From Rubrobacter sp. (GTDB taxonomy: Bacteria; Actinomycetota; Rubrobacteria; Rubrobacterales; Rubrobacteraceae), in NCBI GenBank assembly GCA_036377135.1, contig DASUYY010000238.1, positions 1-57,459 of the forward strand: a stretch of DNA of 57,459 nucleotides, read 5' to 3'. Position 1 is the stretch's first letter. The number at the start of each line of letters is the position of its first letter. Positions 18,947-28,166 of this stretch are shown here, one piece after another. Position numbers and translations under genes: made by a program. The notes beneath the pieces were generated by a model that saw nothing but the letters and a program-made list of their open reading frames with translations, was not told the origin of the DNA and made no database searches.

Positions 18947-19669
18947 TTATCCCAAAGTCTCTAAAATTTCCGGCAGGGTGCGGCGACGGCAGGTGAAGAT
19001 CGGGGTATCCAGCTCGGTATATGAACTTGCCTCGCTCTCCCTGAGCTCCATCATCAGGTCCTGGAACTTCTCGGGGGATTCGGCTTCGAACGAGAGGATG
19101 AACTCGTAGTCGTCTATCCCGAAGCAGTAGCCTGTGTTGTTCTTTACGGGATAGTGCTTGCGTCCGATCTGCATGTGCTCGTTCATCATGCGCTGGCGCT
19201 CCTCGATGGGCAACCTGTACCACGCCCGCGTCTTGACGAATGGATAGACGAAGAGGTACTCGCCCTCGCCGGGGACGATGTAGGTGCGGTTCTCGAATCC
19301 CGGCGTGTGCTCCCCGACGTAGATGGAGCGCCTGCTCAGCGCGAAGTACGAGTAGGAGACGCGCAGGTACTTGCCCAGGCCCGTCTTCAACAGGGCGCCG
19401 GTCATGCTCTCGAAGGCGTCGAGGTCGTAGCCTATCCTCCATAGCATGAAGTCCGCGTCGGCGCGCAGCCCCATGAGCGAGAAGGAGCGCAGCAGCATCT
19501 CGCTCGCGTGCTCCTCAGCAGCCTCCAGGAACTCACGTTTGCCCTGCTCGCGCTCCTCGTCAGAAAGGCGTCGCCAGAGAGGGTCCAGCCCGAAGAACAC
19601 GTAGTTTATGTACTGGGCAGGAAGCTCCTCTTCCTGGGTCTCTTGCCGACGTGGCCGTGTCTCGGTCAT
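18947..19669 (-). CDS. hemQ: Chlorite dismutase family protein, probably coproheme decarboxylase
   Basis: RADADFMLW, YPFVKTRAWY, proximal His in MNEHM, FGIDDYEF. Confidence 0.8.
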   Translation of the reverse strand: MTETRPRRQETQEEELPAQYINYVFFGLDPLWRRLSDEEREQGKREFLEAAEEHASEMLLRSFSLMGLRADADFMLWRIGYDLDAFESMTGALLKTGLGKYLRVSYSYFALSRRSIYVGEHTPGFENRTYIVPGEGEYLFVYPFVKTRAWYRLPIEERQRMMNEHMQIGRKHYPVKNNTGYCFGIDDYEFILSFEAESPEKFQDLMMELRESEASSYTELDTPIFTCRRRTLPEILETLG

Positions 19670-19786
19670 TTTCTCTCCCTTCGGGCGATACTAGGCTTCA
19701 GATCTTTGTGGAGGTGGTCCCGAACGCACCGCATTTTGTCTCGTCGCTGCCTTCAGACTCTGACATACCAACGGGCTCGCGCTTCC

Positions 19787-20797
19787 TTATCCTTTTCCTG
19801 ATGCCTGAAGCCTGCTGCCTGAAACCTCCAAACCAAAGTTGTTCTCGTAGAGCTCGGCGACGCGGGAGAGCTCCTCCGGCGTCAGGTCAGGGGTATCCGG
19901 AGCCTCGGCGAACTCCTCTATCTGCTCCTCGCCGTAGATGTTGGGGAGGGTGGAGATGACCTCGGGGACTGCGAGGGCGAACTTGAGGGCGGCCTGACCG
20001 AGGGTGCGCTCGCCCGACTCGGTGAGGAAGGAGAGTTGCTCCACCTTCTTCAGGCCGTCCATGAGCCACTCTTTCGGGCGGTGGCGGCGGTGGTCGTTCT
20101 TGGCGAAGGTCGTGTTCTCGTCGTAGTGGCCTTCTAGCATCCCCGAGGAGTGGGGGACGCGCACGATCAGGGACGTCTCCGTCTCGCTGGCGGCCTCGAT
20201 CAGGCCCCGGCCCGGGTCCTGTTCGAGGAGGTTGTAGATCATCTGTACTCCGTCTATCCTGCGCTCGCGCATCGCCCTGACGCCTTCTTCGAGCCATCCG
20301 ATCTTGGGTCCCAGGGCGACGCCGTAGGCCCTGACCTTGCCCTCGACCTTGAACTGTTCCATCAGGGCGAAGAGCTCATCGTTATCTATGGCGTCCATCT
20401 TCGTGTTGTGGAGCTGGAGGAAGTCTATGTAGTCGGTGTCGAGCCTCTTCAGGCTCTGCTCCAGGGCGAAGCGGATGAACTCCTCTGACCAGTTCTGCGG
20501 GCGTTCCTGCTGGCCGCGGCGGGCTGTGTGGTTATAGAAGTCGTAGCCGATCTTCGTCGAGATCACCACGTCGTCGCGCATGTGCCCGAAGGCGTCGGCG
20601 AGTAGCGTCTCGCCCTTGCCCGACCCGTAGGTGTCCGCCGTGTCGAAGTAGTTGATGCCCCGCTCGCGGGCCTCTCTCAGGAGCCTAACGGACCTTTCGT
20701 CGTCGACCTCGCCCCACCAGCCCGTCGAGACCGTCCACACCCCGAAGCCAACCTCGGAGAGCGCTATGTCCGTGCCGCCCAGTCTGCGATACTTCAT
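19787..20797 (-). CDS. Aldo/keto reductase
   Basis: FDTADTYG, STKIG, SLKRLDTDYID...H motifs. Confidence 0.93.
   Translation of the reverse strand: MKYRRLGGTDIALSEVGFGVWTVSTGWWGEVDDERSVRLLREARERGINYFDTADTYGSGKGETLLADAFGHMRDDVVISTKIGYDFYNHTARRGQQERPQNWSEEFIRFALEQSLKRLDTDYIDFLQLHNTKMDAIDNDELFALMEQFKVEGKVRAYGVALGPKIGWLEEGVRAMRERRIDGVQMIYNLLEQDPGRGLIEAASETETSLIVRVPHSSGMLEGHYDENTTFAKNDHRRHRPKEWLMDGLKKVEQLSFLTESGERTLGQAALKFALAVPEVISTLPNIYGEEQIEEFAEAPDTPDLTPEELSRVAELYENNFGLEVSGSRLQASGKG
19797..19827. repeat. Tandem heptamer repeat (4 units) inside the AKR 3' end
   Basis: CCTGATG CCTGAAG CCTGCTG CCTGAAA CCT. Confidence 0.7.
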
Positions 20798-20932
20798 CTT
20801 CTACTCCCTGCTTCTGTTGGAACCTTCGATCAATAACTACTACATTCTAGCGCCGGTCGCTGTTGACTTTCTCTCAATCCGCGTGCGGGTCTATAATCGC
20901 CCGATGTTTCAGAAGGCTCAGGATCTCGCGCC

Positions 20933-21697
20933 GTGATCGCACGCTACGCAGGCGGGGAACGCGGGGCACGGACAGCGGCCCGCGCCGGTTCTGTAGTGGT
21001 CGTGGTGGACGCCTTCAGGGCGAGCACGACCATCGCAGTCCTCGTCTGGAAGGGTGCGCGGGTCGTGCCGGTGGCTTCCATAGAGAGTGCTTACTCCTAT
21101 GCCGCCGACCTTCGTATCGGGGAGCGGGGTAGCGAGAAGGTCGCGGGCTTCGACTTCGGAAACTCGCCGACCGAGGTCCTCGATGCTGAGGTGCCCCCGA
21201 GCTCTACGGTCGCCCTCTCGACCACGAACGGGACCCGCGTCGTTGAGGCCGCCCACGGCGCGAGGGCCATCCTGACCGGCGCCTTCGTCAACGCCGGTGC
21301 TCTGGCGGAGGATCTTGCCGGCGGGGCGTACGACGGCGCTGAGGTCGTTGTGGTCGGGTGCGGCTGGAAGGGCCGCCGCGCCTCGGAGGACGAAGCCGCG
21401 GCGGGGGCCATCCTCTACCGGCTGCGGTCCAGTGGCGCGGATCTGGACGAGCGGGCCTGCCGTATCGTCGAGGGTTATCTGGCCCGGTCCGCGACGGCGC
21501 TGCGGAACAACAGCGCTGCGCGGAGGCTGAAACGTCTCGGGTACGAGCGCGACCTGGAGTTTTGCCTCTCGGAGGACACGGTGCCTGTTGTGCCGCGTCT
21601 CGTCGGCGAGGCCTTCGTCGGAGGTGCTCCCGGATTAGAACGGCCCTCGGAATCTTCGGCCCGGGGGCCAAAACAAAAAGCCAGACTTTCTTCTTGA
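20933..21697 (+). CDS. comB: 2-phosphosulfolactate phosphatase family protein
   Basis: VVDAFRASTT, GER, FDFGNSP, STTNGT, ED motifs. Confidence 0.88.
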   Translation: MIARYAGGERGARTAARAGSVVVVVDAFRASTTIAVLVWKGARVVPVASIESAYSYAADLRIGERGSEKVAGFDFGNSPTEVLDAEVPPSSTVALSTTNGTRVVEAAHGARAILTGAFVNAGALAEDLAGGAYDGAEVVVVGCGWKGRRASEDEAAAGAILYRLRSSGADLDERACRIVEGYLARSATALRNNSAARRLKRLGYERDLEFCLSEDTVPVVPRLVGEAFVGGAPGLERPSESSARGPKQKARLSS

Positions 21698-21722
21698 CAA
21701 GGGGGTGGCGCGCCTTTACTCT
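21694..21722 (+). promoter_or_regulatory. Near-consensus housekeeping-sigma promoter
   Basis: TTGACA-N17-TACTCT. Confidence 0.75.
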
Positions 21723-21792
21723 GGAGTCAGCGATGGCGGATCAAATGTTACAAGCTCCGTCGAATCCGCTACGGAAAGGAGGTGAAGAGACA

Positions 21793-21993
21793 GTGACTAT
21801 GACCATCACACACGAGAAGACCCGCGAGGTTACCCGCGAGGACGTGGACCGGGCCATAGACGTTATCGAGCGTCACCTTGAAAAGGAGGCCAGGACCCGC
21901 AACCTGCTGGACGAGCAGGCGATCATGCGCCCCAAGGACCTGTGCAAGCAACAGGGCCTGGATATGGTTGCCGAGTTGCGCGGCATGATGTGA
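21793..21993 (+). CDS. Small charged hypothetical protein (about 66 aa)
   Basis: AAAGGAGGTGA RBS, then GTG. Has its own promoter and terminator; GC3-rich codons. Confidence 0.75.
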   Translation: MTMTITHEKTREVTREDVDRAIDVIERHLEKEARTRNLLDEQAIMRPKDLCKQQGLDMVAELRGMM

Positions 21994-22094
21994 GTGTGCG
22001 ACTAACAGGGCCCATGAAGGGGGATGCACAGTAAAATCCCGAGTCCCCCATGTGGACAATTGAGGGCTGTCCATCCCCCTTCACGAGGCTAGCC

Positions 22095-22125
22095 GAGGGC
22101 CGGAGAGATCCGGCCCTCTTTTCTT
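22095..22125 (+). terminator. Intrinsic terminator
   Basis: GAGGGCCGGA-GAGA-TCCGGCCCTC-TTTTCTT. Confidence 0.9.
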
Positions 22126-22226
22126 GCTCGATTCCGGGACGGGCGACCAGGTTGTTCTCGCGGCCCGTATGGGGTTCTCCGAGGTTCGGTTTGGGGCATC
22201 CAATAAGTTTGCAGAAGCTCTACGCG

Positions 22227-22682
22227 TTAGATCCAGCGGCGCCCCCTGGCCTAGTAGGCTAGGTGCTCCTCCCCGAAGGTGCGTTCCAGGTAACGCTCCT
22301 CGCGCCCGATCACGTACACCACGAACGGCAGGAGTAAGATGGCCCACAGCGAGTTTCGGAGCATGGCTATCCCAGCGTAGAACATCGCCAGCCCGAGATA
22401 ACCGGGGTTGCGCGTGTAGCGGAAGAGTCCTTCGGTAACCAGGCGAGGTACCGACTTGTCGGTGCGGATAGGCGTACCGGCGTTCTCGATGATCCGCATG
22501 AACCATCCACCCACCAACCAGCTGCTACCGAAGAGTGCCCAACCTAGAGGGCGTGCCACCCTGCGCGGCAAGAAGGGAACGTGCAAGCGTCTGTCGAGCA
22601 GCAACCCCGTCCCCAGGGGAAGCAGGTAGATCAGGGGCGGAGGTACGCAGATGCCCGGGTTGTCCTCCTCGTCCCTTGCTAC
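22227..22682 (-). pseudogene. Isoprenylcysteine carboxyl methyltransferase family gene, degraded
   Basis: DNPGI.VPPPLIYL...GLFRYTRNPGYLG...REERYLERTFGEE. The start position reads GTA, and a TAG interrupts the terminal AY*ARGRRWI. Confidence 0.75.
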
Positions 22683-22738
22683 TTTCCTACCCTATCCACC
22701 CACACTCGTAGAGAACGGAGTTCTACGGAGGTCACCGC

Positions 22739-23029
22739 TCAAGAGGCAACCGCTACCTCACCGTCATAGGTCTCCAGCGATAGCTTCTCGGCTATGCCGC
22801 TGCTCCTCAGCCACTCCCTGTAGCGCTGCGCTCCTTGTTTGCCCAGCTCCTCCGATTCCCACTCGGCGACCGCCACCGTCGTGTGAAGATCCGTCACCAT
22901 CAGCCGGTAACGGATGAACCCCGGCTGGTCGCGGAAGACTCGAAGCCCCTCCACTTCTATCAGGCGGAAGGCCTCACGTGCTTCGTCGGAACCGAGATGT
23001 ATGTTCCACCTACCTATGGTGCAGCGCAT
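22739..23029 (-). CDS. ABM-like (dimeric alpha+beta barrel) small protein
   Basis: QPGFIRYRL...VAEWESEE pattern; GAGG RBS before ATG 23029. Confidence 0.7.
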   Translation of the reverse strand: MRCTIGRWNIHLGSDEAREAFRLIEVEGLRVFRDQPGFIRYRLMVTDLHTTVAVAEWESEELGKQGAQRYREWLRSSGIAEKLSLETYDGEVAVAS

Positions 23030-23066
23030 GTACCTCACCCTGCCTCCTGTCTTCTGGTCGTCCTGG

Positions 23067-23999
23067 CTAGGTACTGGCCAGAGGTACGACTCTTTCCCCG
23101 AAGGCGGCCAACTGGCGCAGCTCGTCCTCCACGGGCCACAGGAAGACTCTTTCGGCCCCCGCCTCTCTATAGGCCATAAGCTTCTCCGCGCTCTCTTGGG
23201 CGGGCCCGACGAGGAGACGCCGGCGCAGCTCTCCCTCCGGGCGACCCAGCGTCCGGCTGAGCACATCGCTGACGATCCTCTCTGCTGTGGGCCGGTCTTC
23301 CGTGACGTGAAAGAACATCGTTGCGATGGCGTTGGGAAAACGGTTCGGGTCCTTGCCGACGGCGCGAAGGTGTTCTCTCAGTCGTCTTAGGGCGTTGACG
23401 AAAGCCTCGGATGTAGTGTTGTAGGCGGAAGCCAGCCAGCCGTCTCCCAGGTGAGCTACCCTCCTTAGCCCGGCTTCGGAACCCCAGCTTCCCACCCAGA
23501 TGGGCGGTCCGGGCTGTTGCGCCGGGTAAGGCTTCAGTTCGATGCCGTCCGTGCGGTAGAAAGCTCCCCTAAACGGCGGAGCTCGCTCGCTCCAGAGGGC
23601 GCGTAGCGCGAGGACCGCTTCGTCCAGGCGTTTCCAACGCTCCTCGAAAGGAATACCGGCCGCCGCGTAGTCCCGAGCGGAGGAACCAGGTCCCACCCCA
23701 ACTATGAGACGGCCACCGGAGAGGAGGTCGATGGCGGCCAGGCTCTTCGCCAGAGGAACCGGTCCCCGCACGACCGGTAGCGCCACCGTTGTCGCAAGTG
23801 CCATCCGTTCCGTGGCCGAAAGCACCGCGGCCAGGGCTGTTGGGCCGTCCAGCCACGGACGGGGGAAGAGCAGATGATCGTTCGTCGAGAGGGCCCTAAA
23901 GCCCAGTTCTTCGGCGGTCCGGACATACTCAAGTAGCCGCCGCAGGGACCACGTTCCTGCGTGCATGTCTATCAGTGGCAAGTGGACCCCGTAATCTAT
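23067..23999 (-). CDS. LLM-class flavin-dependent oxidoreductase
   Basis: AEELGF...NDH, D.LSGGRL.VGVG, P.QQPGPPIWVG motifs. AAGGAGG points to ATA 23999; an alternative ATG lies at 24041. Confidence 0.9.
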   Translation of the reverse strand: MDYGVHLPLIDMHAGTWSLRRLLEYVRTAEELGFRALSTNDHLLFPRPWLDGPTALAAVLSATERMALATTVALPVVRGPVPLAKSLAAIDLLSGGRLIVGVGPGSSARDYAAAGIPFEERWKRLDEAVLALRALWSERAPPFRGAFYRTDGIELKPYPAQQPGPPIWVGSWGSEAGLRRVAHLGDGWLASAYNTTSEAFVNALRRLREHLRAVGKDPNRFPNAIATMFFHVTEDRPTAERIVSDVLSRTLGRPEGELRRRLLVGPAQESAEKLMAYREAGAERVFLWPVEDELRQLAAFGERVVPLAST

Positions 24000-24494
24000 G
24001 GCAGCGTCCTCCTTAGCAAGTCCTCGGAAGTCTTGCCTCATCCGGCGAGGAGCATCTTACCAGTGCTGCGCGTTATTCACCTTTTTGCCAAGAGCTGATG
24101 TGGTTCTCGCAAGGTCGTCCCTGGCTTCCTGGGGGGCATCATGATCAGAGAAAATGTCCACGAGAAACCCACCGGGTACGGGAATCCTGCGATTGTCGGC
24201 CGCTATCCTCTTCATAGGGGGCCGATCGTGGCGCTGATCTTCGCGTCGCGCTCCTGCTGGACGGCGCGTTTACCGCGATAGACGGCCTGATACGCCTGCT
24301 GTCCGGAGCATTTTTTTGATGGAGGATGGCCAATAACGGACGTGTCGACCGAGGCGTTCTTTGTGAAGTTCGTCGTCGCAATCTCTATCCGAAGAAACCA
24401 TGCCTCGTCGAGATCAAGCTCAACAACTTGACTATCCAGGGATCGTCAACGCCTGGTGCGCCGGTCATTCGAGCGGCGCACCAGGCCCTGAGAA

Positions 24495-25037
24495 CTAGCA
24501 GCTTCGGTCAAATAAGAAGACGTCTATGGGATCGGCCGTCTCTATCCTTCCATTCGAATTTGGATTGACGCAGATCAGGTCTTGTTCGCCATCTCGCGCG
24601 AAGACGTGGTGTCTGTCGCCGGTGCCGGAGATGATTCTGTCGTTGCCGGGACCACCGACGAGTACATCGTCTCCGTCCTGGCCGTCGGTGGTATCGTCAC
24701 CCGTATTGCCGTAGATACTGTCGTTGCCCGGGCCTCCGTAGATCTTGTCGTCTCCCGCGCCGCCTCGCATGGTGTCAGCACCCGAGCCGCCGAACATGAC
24801 ATCGGCGCCGCCGTAGCCGAGCATGGTGTCGCGGCCTTCGTAGCCGCGGAGTGTGTCGTGGCCGCCTTTGCCGTTTATGTGATCGGCGCCGCCGAAGCCC
24901 TTGATGGTGTCGCCTCCGAGAGTGCCGACCAGCCTGTCGGCGTGGTTGGTGCCGTTGATTGTGGCCGCCCAGGCGATCCCGCTGGCCACGATCAGGGTCA
25001 CTGCGGTGACCGCGACCAAGAGCAGAGCACGTCTCAT
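24495..25037 (-). CDS. Secreted hemolysin-type Ca-binding repeat protein
   Basis: Signal peptide ending AWA-A; about 10 GxxGxD nonapeptide repeats; AAGGAGG RBS. Confidence 0.9.
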   Translation of the reverse strand: MRRALLLVAVTAVTLIVASGIAWAATINGTNHADRLVGTLGGDTIKGFGGADHINGKGGHDTLRGYEGRDTMLGYGGADVMFGGSGADTMRGGAGDDKIYGGPGNDSIYGNTGDDTTDGQDGDDVLVGGPGNDRIISGTGDRHHVFARDGEQDLICVNPNSNGRIETADPIDVFLFDRSC

Positions 25038-25089
25038 GTCGCTCCTCCTTCCGCTCTTCCCCGAAGAGCGAATCTACTTTTGTCAAGAC

Positions 25090-25121
25090 AGTCTAGGCGG
25101 CAGCGATGAATACTCGATGAA
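25090..25121 (-). promoter_or_regulatory. Direct-repeat (OmpR-type) box plus -10
   Basis: Minus strand reads TTCATC-N5-TTCATC-N9-TAGACT; same geometry as 34007-34049. Confidence 0.6.
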
Positions 25122-25748
25122 TCCGCCTCTATTATCTAGAAGCCGTGCGTCACCTGCCACTCACTGTCGAGAAGTACTCTTATCTTTTCAGATAGTCTCG
25201 GAAGGTAGCGATCCGCTACGGACTGTCTGAACATCGGAGGTCCAGGCGTAAGCGGCAGGGAACCCATCGTGGCCCTGGTCGCGTGCGCGCTGTTGGCGTT
25301 CAAGGTGGTGTCGAGTCTTCCTATGGCTCGTCGGGGTGGACCTTACCTGCTGCTCGGGAGCACCCTCGGCCTGATCGGTGGGTGCGTGTTGGGGGCCTGG
25401 TGTTAAGGCAGGGAGGTATCTCCATACCCTCCGGCCAGGAGAGGGGAGCCACAAGAGGAGCACTCGTCGGTTTCGCGATTGGTGCGGTAGCCTTCTTCTT
25501 CATGTCGGGCAAAGTTGGCTTACTCGGCATCTGTGTGCTGGTAGGGTCAGCGGTAGGGAGGGCCTTCGATCGGTCCTCTATTCACCGGAGCTCACAAACT
25601 CTCACGGTCGAAAAAGAAGCCACTTGACTCCCTAGAATGGGACACTGGTCCCATGCGCCTCGCCCTACCGTAAGGTATGGTTCATTCGTTGCGTCGCGGA
25701 GTGGAGATCTGACACCTTTCTACCTCCGCCCGATATACGAAAGGTGAC

Positions 25749-26516
25749 GTGGAGATGAGAAAGAGCTCTCTACTATTGGTGACTTCGGTGGTCTTAGCTG
25801 TGCTTTTGGCAAGCGGGGTGGCTTTTGCCGCGACCATCGACTGCAGGGCCGGCGCGCACCGCTGCTACGGGACCGACGGGCCTGACACCATCAACGGCAG
25901 CGAGGTCAGGGACACGATAAGCGCCAAAGCTGGTGCCGACAGGATATACGGCAATGGTGGAGGAGACACGATCGATGGCAGGGGAGGGGTAGACGACGTC
26001 TATGGCAACGACGGAGGCGATCAGATCCAAGGCCAGGACGGAGACGACATCTTGCGCGGCAACGATGGCAACGATTTCCTGCGCGGAGACGTTGGGGACG
26101 ACACCATTATGGGCGGCCCTGGCCAAGACACGATATCCGCAAGCCCTATCAGTGGAGGCATCGACAAGATCTACGGCGGTCTCGACGACGATAGCCTGTA
26201 TGACGCCGGCGGACGCAACGTGATAGAGGGCGGACCCGGGAACGACATGGTTGCCGGGCACAGCAAGCTGGTCGGGGGCACGGGAGACGACGAACTCTAC
26301 GGTGAGACCGGGATCGTGGGAGGATCGAGGGGCATCCTGGGAGGGGCCGGTAATGACTTCGTAAGTTCACAAGGAGAGACGAACGATACGATCTACGTCT
26401 CCGACGGTGAGCGCGACGTGGTGGACGACTGCGGGGATGGCACGGACACCGTCTACTTCGACGAGGGCCTCGACGAGGTCAACTCGACTACCTGCGAAAA
26501 CCGCGTCCCCAGGTAG
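25749..26516 (+). CDS. Secreted hemolysin-type Ca-binding repeat protein
   Basis: Signal peptide ending AFA-A; many GGxGxD repeats; Cys pairs at both ends. Confidence 0.9.
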   Translation: MEMRKSSLLLVTSVVLAVLLASGVAFAATIDCRAGAHRCYGTDGPDTINGSEVRDTISAKAGADRIYGNGGGDTIDGRGGVDDVYGNDGGDQIQGQDGDDILRGNDGNDFLRGDVGDDTIMGGPGQDTISASPISGGIDKIYGGLDDDSLYDAGGRNVIEGGPGNDMVAGHSKLVGGTGDDELYGETGIVGGSRGILGGAGNDFVSSQGETNDTIYVSDGERDVVDDCGDGTDTVYFDEGLDEVNSTTCENRVPR

Positions 26517-26537
26517 GAGGCAAGGAGAACTCAGGAC

Positions 26538-26568
26538 GGGAGCCGGGGCGTGGTGTCCCGGCCTTCCC
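26538..26568 (+). terminator. GC-rich hairpin after the RTX gene
   Basis: GGGAGCCGGGGC...GTCCCGGCCTTCCC; its 5' arm is identical to that of the 4855 hairpin. Confidence 0.55.
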
Positions 26569-26987
26569 TGCGCCATACGCTGGTAGCTTGACGGATCTAG
26601 GGTTCCACCTCGCTGTCTTCTGCCAGGGAGCTACATCTCCCGAGCAAGTCCCTAACAAATAGCCCATTCGAGTGATGCACTCTACCTGGCCACGGGGTTA
26701 TGACTAACGTACTCGTCGAGATATTTTCCAAACAGGTTCCGGAAGGTAGATCTTCGGTAGTCTGTATACCGTTTCCTGCATCGTGGCGAGGATAGCCTCT
26801 TATCCCTATTCGGGCACGACGCCTGACCTCTGGGTATTGTGGTAGTACACAGGGATACGCCGGGCCGAAGGCTGAAAAGTCTCCGATGAAGGGCGTTGGT
26901 GTACTCGCTGCTGTATCGAAGGCAGGGAAAGAATCCTGTCCCTCAGGTCGTCTCTTCGTTTGCCCTGCAAATAAGCGGTTTCCGAAG

Positions 26988-27077
26988 CGGAGGAGGAGGG
27001 ATTCGAACCCTCGATACCCCGTTGAGAGGTATAACACCTTAGCAGGGTGCCGCCTTCAACCACTCGGCCACTCCTCC
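26988..27077 (-). tRNA. tRNA-Ser(GCT)
   Basis: Acceptor GGAGGAG/CTCCTCC; anticodon loop CTGCTAA; long variable arm; T arm GAGGG-TTCGAAT-CCCTC; discriminator G; CCA not encoded; TATACT upstream. Confidence 0.97.
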
Positions 27078-27131
27078 GGGGGAGGAGTATATCAAAGACG
27101 AGGTGCGTCTTCGACGCGGCTGGGAGGCTGC

Positions 27132-28166
27132 TTACCCTTCTTTGTTGTGGATCTCACCTGCGGTCTCTTCGTCGATAATGTCGGGCTTTTCGTTGGCTGG
27201 CTCGGCTTTGAGGATCTGCTCTCCCGAGACCTCCTCTTTTATCCTGACGAGCGTTGCGTTGAGTGTGGCGCCGAAGAGGATGGTCAGGGATGAGATGTAG
27301 AGGTAGAGGAGCAGGATGATGACGGTGCCGATGGAGCCGTAGGTCTTGTCGTAGGAGTTGAAGTCGCTGCTCAGATACAGGTTGAAGGCGACGCTCGCAA
27401 GCACCCAGAGGATGATGCCGACGAACCCGCCAGGAGTGATCCAACGGAATGGCTGGTCGGCGTCGGGGGCGAAGTAGAAGAGCAGCGCGACCGTAACTAC
27501 CAGGAACAGCAGCGCCGCAGGCCAGCGCGCGATGTTCCAGACGGCCATGAACTCGTCGCCCAGCGTGAAGACCTCGGCGAGCGTCCGTCCGATGGAGGGG
27601 CCTGCAACTAGGAGCAGCACGCCTATGAGGATGAGCGCAGAGAGACCGAAGGTCATCAGGATGGCGATCCCCTTGACCTTCCAGAAAGGCCTCGTCTCCT
27701 GCACGTCGTAGGCGCGGTTGAGGGCGTTTATGAGGGCCGAGAAGGCCCCCGAGGCGGCCCAGATCGTACCGAGGATACCCACGGAGAGGAAGCCAGGCGC
27801 CGTGTCCTCATTGTGGAGTGTGTGCCTGGTGTAGGTCTTGATAAGGTCGAAGACCTGCGGCGGCAGTAGCCGCCTGAGATAGTCGAAAAGCTCCGTGACG
27901 AACTGCGGGCTGGAGCTCGAGAAGGCGTCGGCTACCGCGACGAGGAACAGGATGAAAGGGAAGATCGCCAGGATCAGGTAATAGGCGAGCTGCGCGGCGA
28001 GCCCCAGGGCGTCGTCGCGGATAAATTCCTGTACGGTCGCCTTGAGGGTTTGGTAGCGGAGAAGGTCCTTCAGATCTCGGAAGAAATTTTTGAGCGACCC
28101 GCGCGCAGGACGCCTCGCGACCGCCTGGAGCTTCGCGCTTGTCGTGTCGGGTGCCATGAGGACCAT
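27132..28166 (-). CDS. YihY/BrkB family membrane protein
   Basis: LAAQLAYY...IFP, ALNRAY.V.E.R, Y..TYGSIG motifs. Confidence 0.93.
   Translation of the reverse strand: MVLMAPDTTSAKLQAVARRPARGSLKNFFRDLKDLLRYQTLKATVQEFIRDDALGLAAQLAYYLILAIFPFILFLVAVADAFSSSSPQFVTELFDYLRRLLPPQVFDLIKTYTRHTLHNEDTAPGFLSVGILGTIWAASGAFSALINALNRAYDVQETRPFWKVKGIAILMTFGLSALILIGVLLLVAGPSIGRTLAEVFTLGDEFMAVWNIARWPAALLFLVVTVALLFYFAPDADQPFRWITPGGFVGIILWVLASVAFNLYLSSDFNSYDKTYGSIGTVIILLLYLYISSLTILFGATLNATLVRIKEEVSGEQILKAEPANEKPDIIDEETAGEIHNKEG

Noticed and set aside
25283-25627. Possible small membrane protein
   Set aside because: No RBS, and only the C-terminal half is protein-like; at most a remnant.
26597-27293. ORFs overlapping the tRNA
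   Set aside because: Explained by tRNA-Ser and non-coding flanks.
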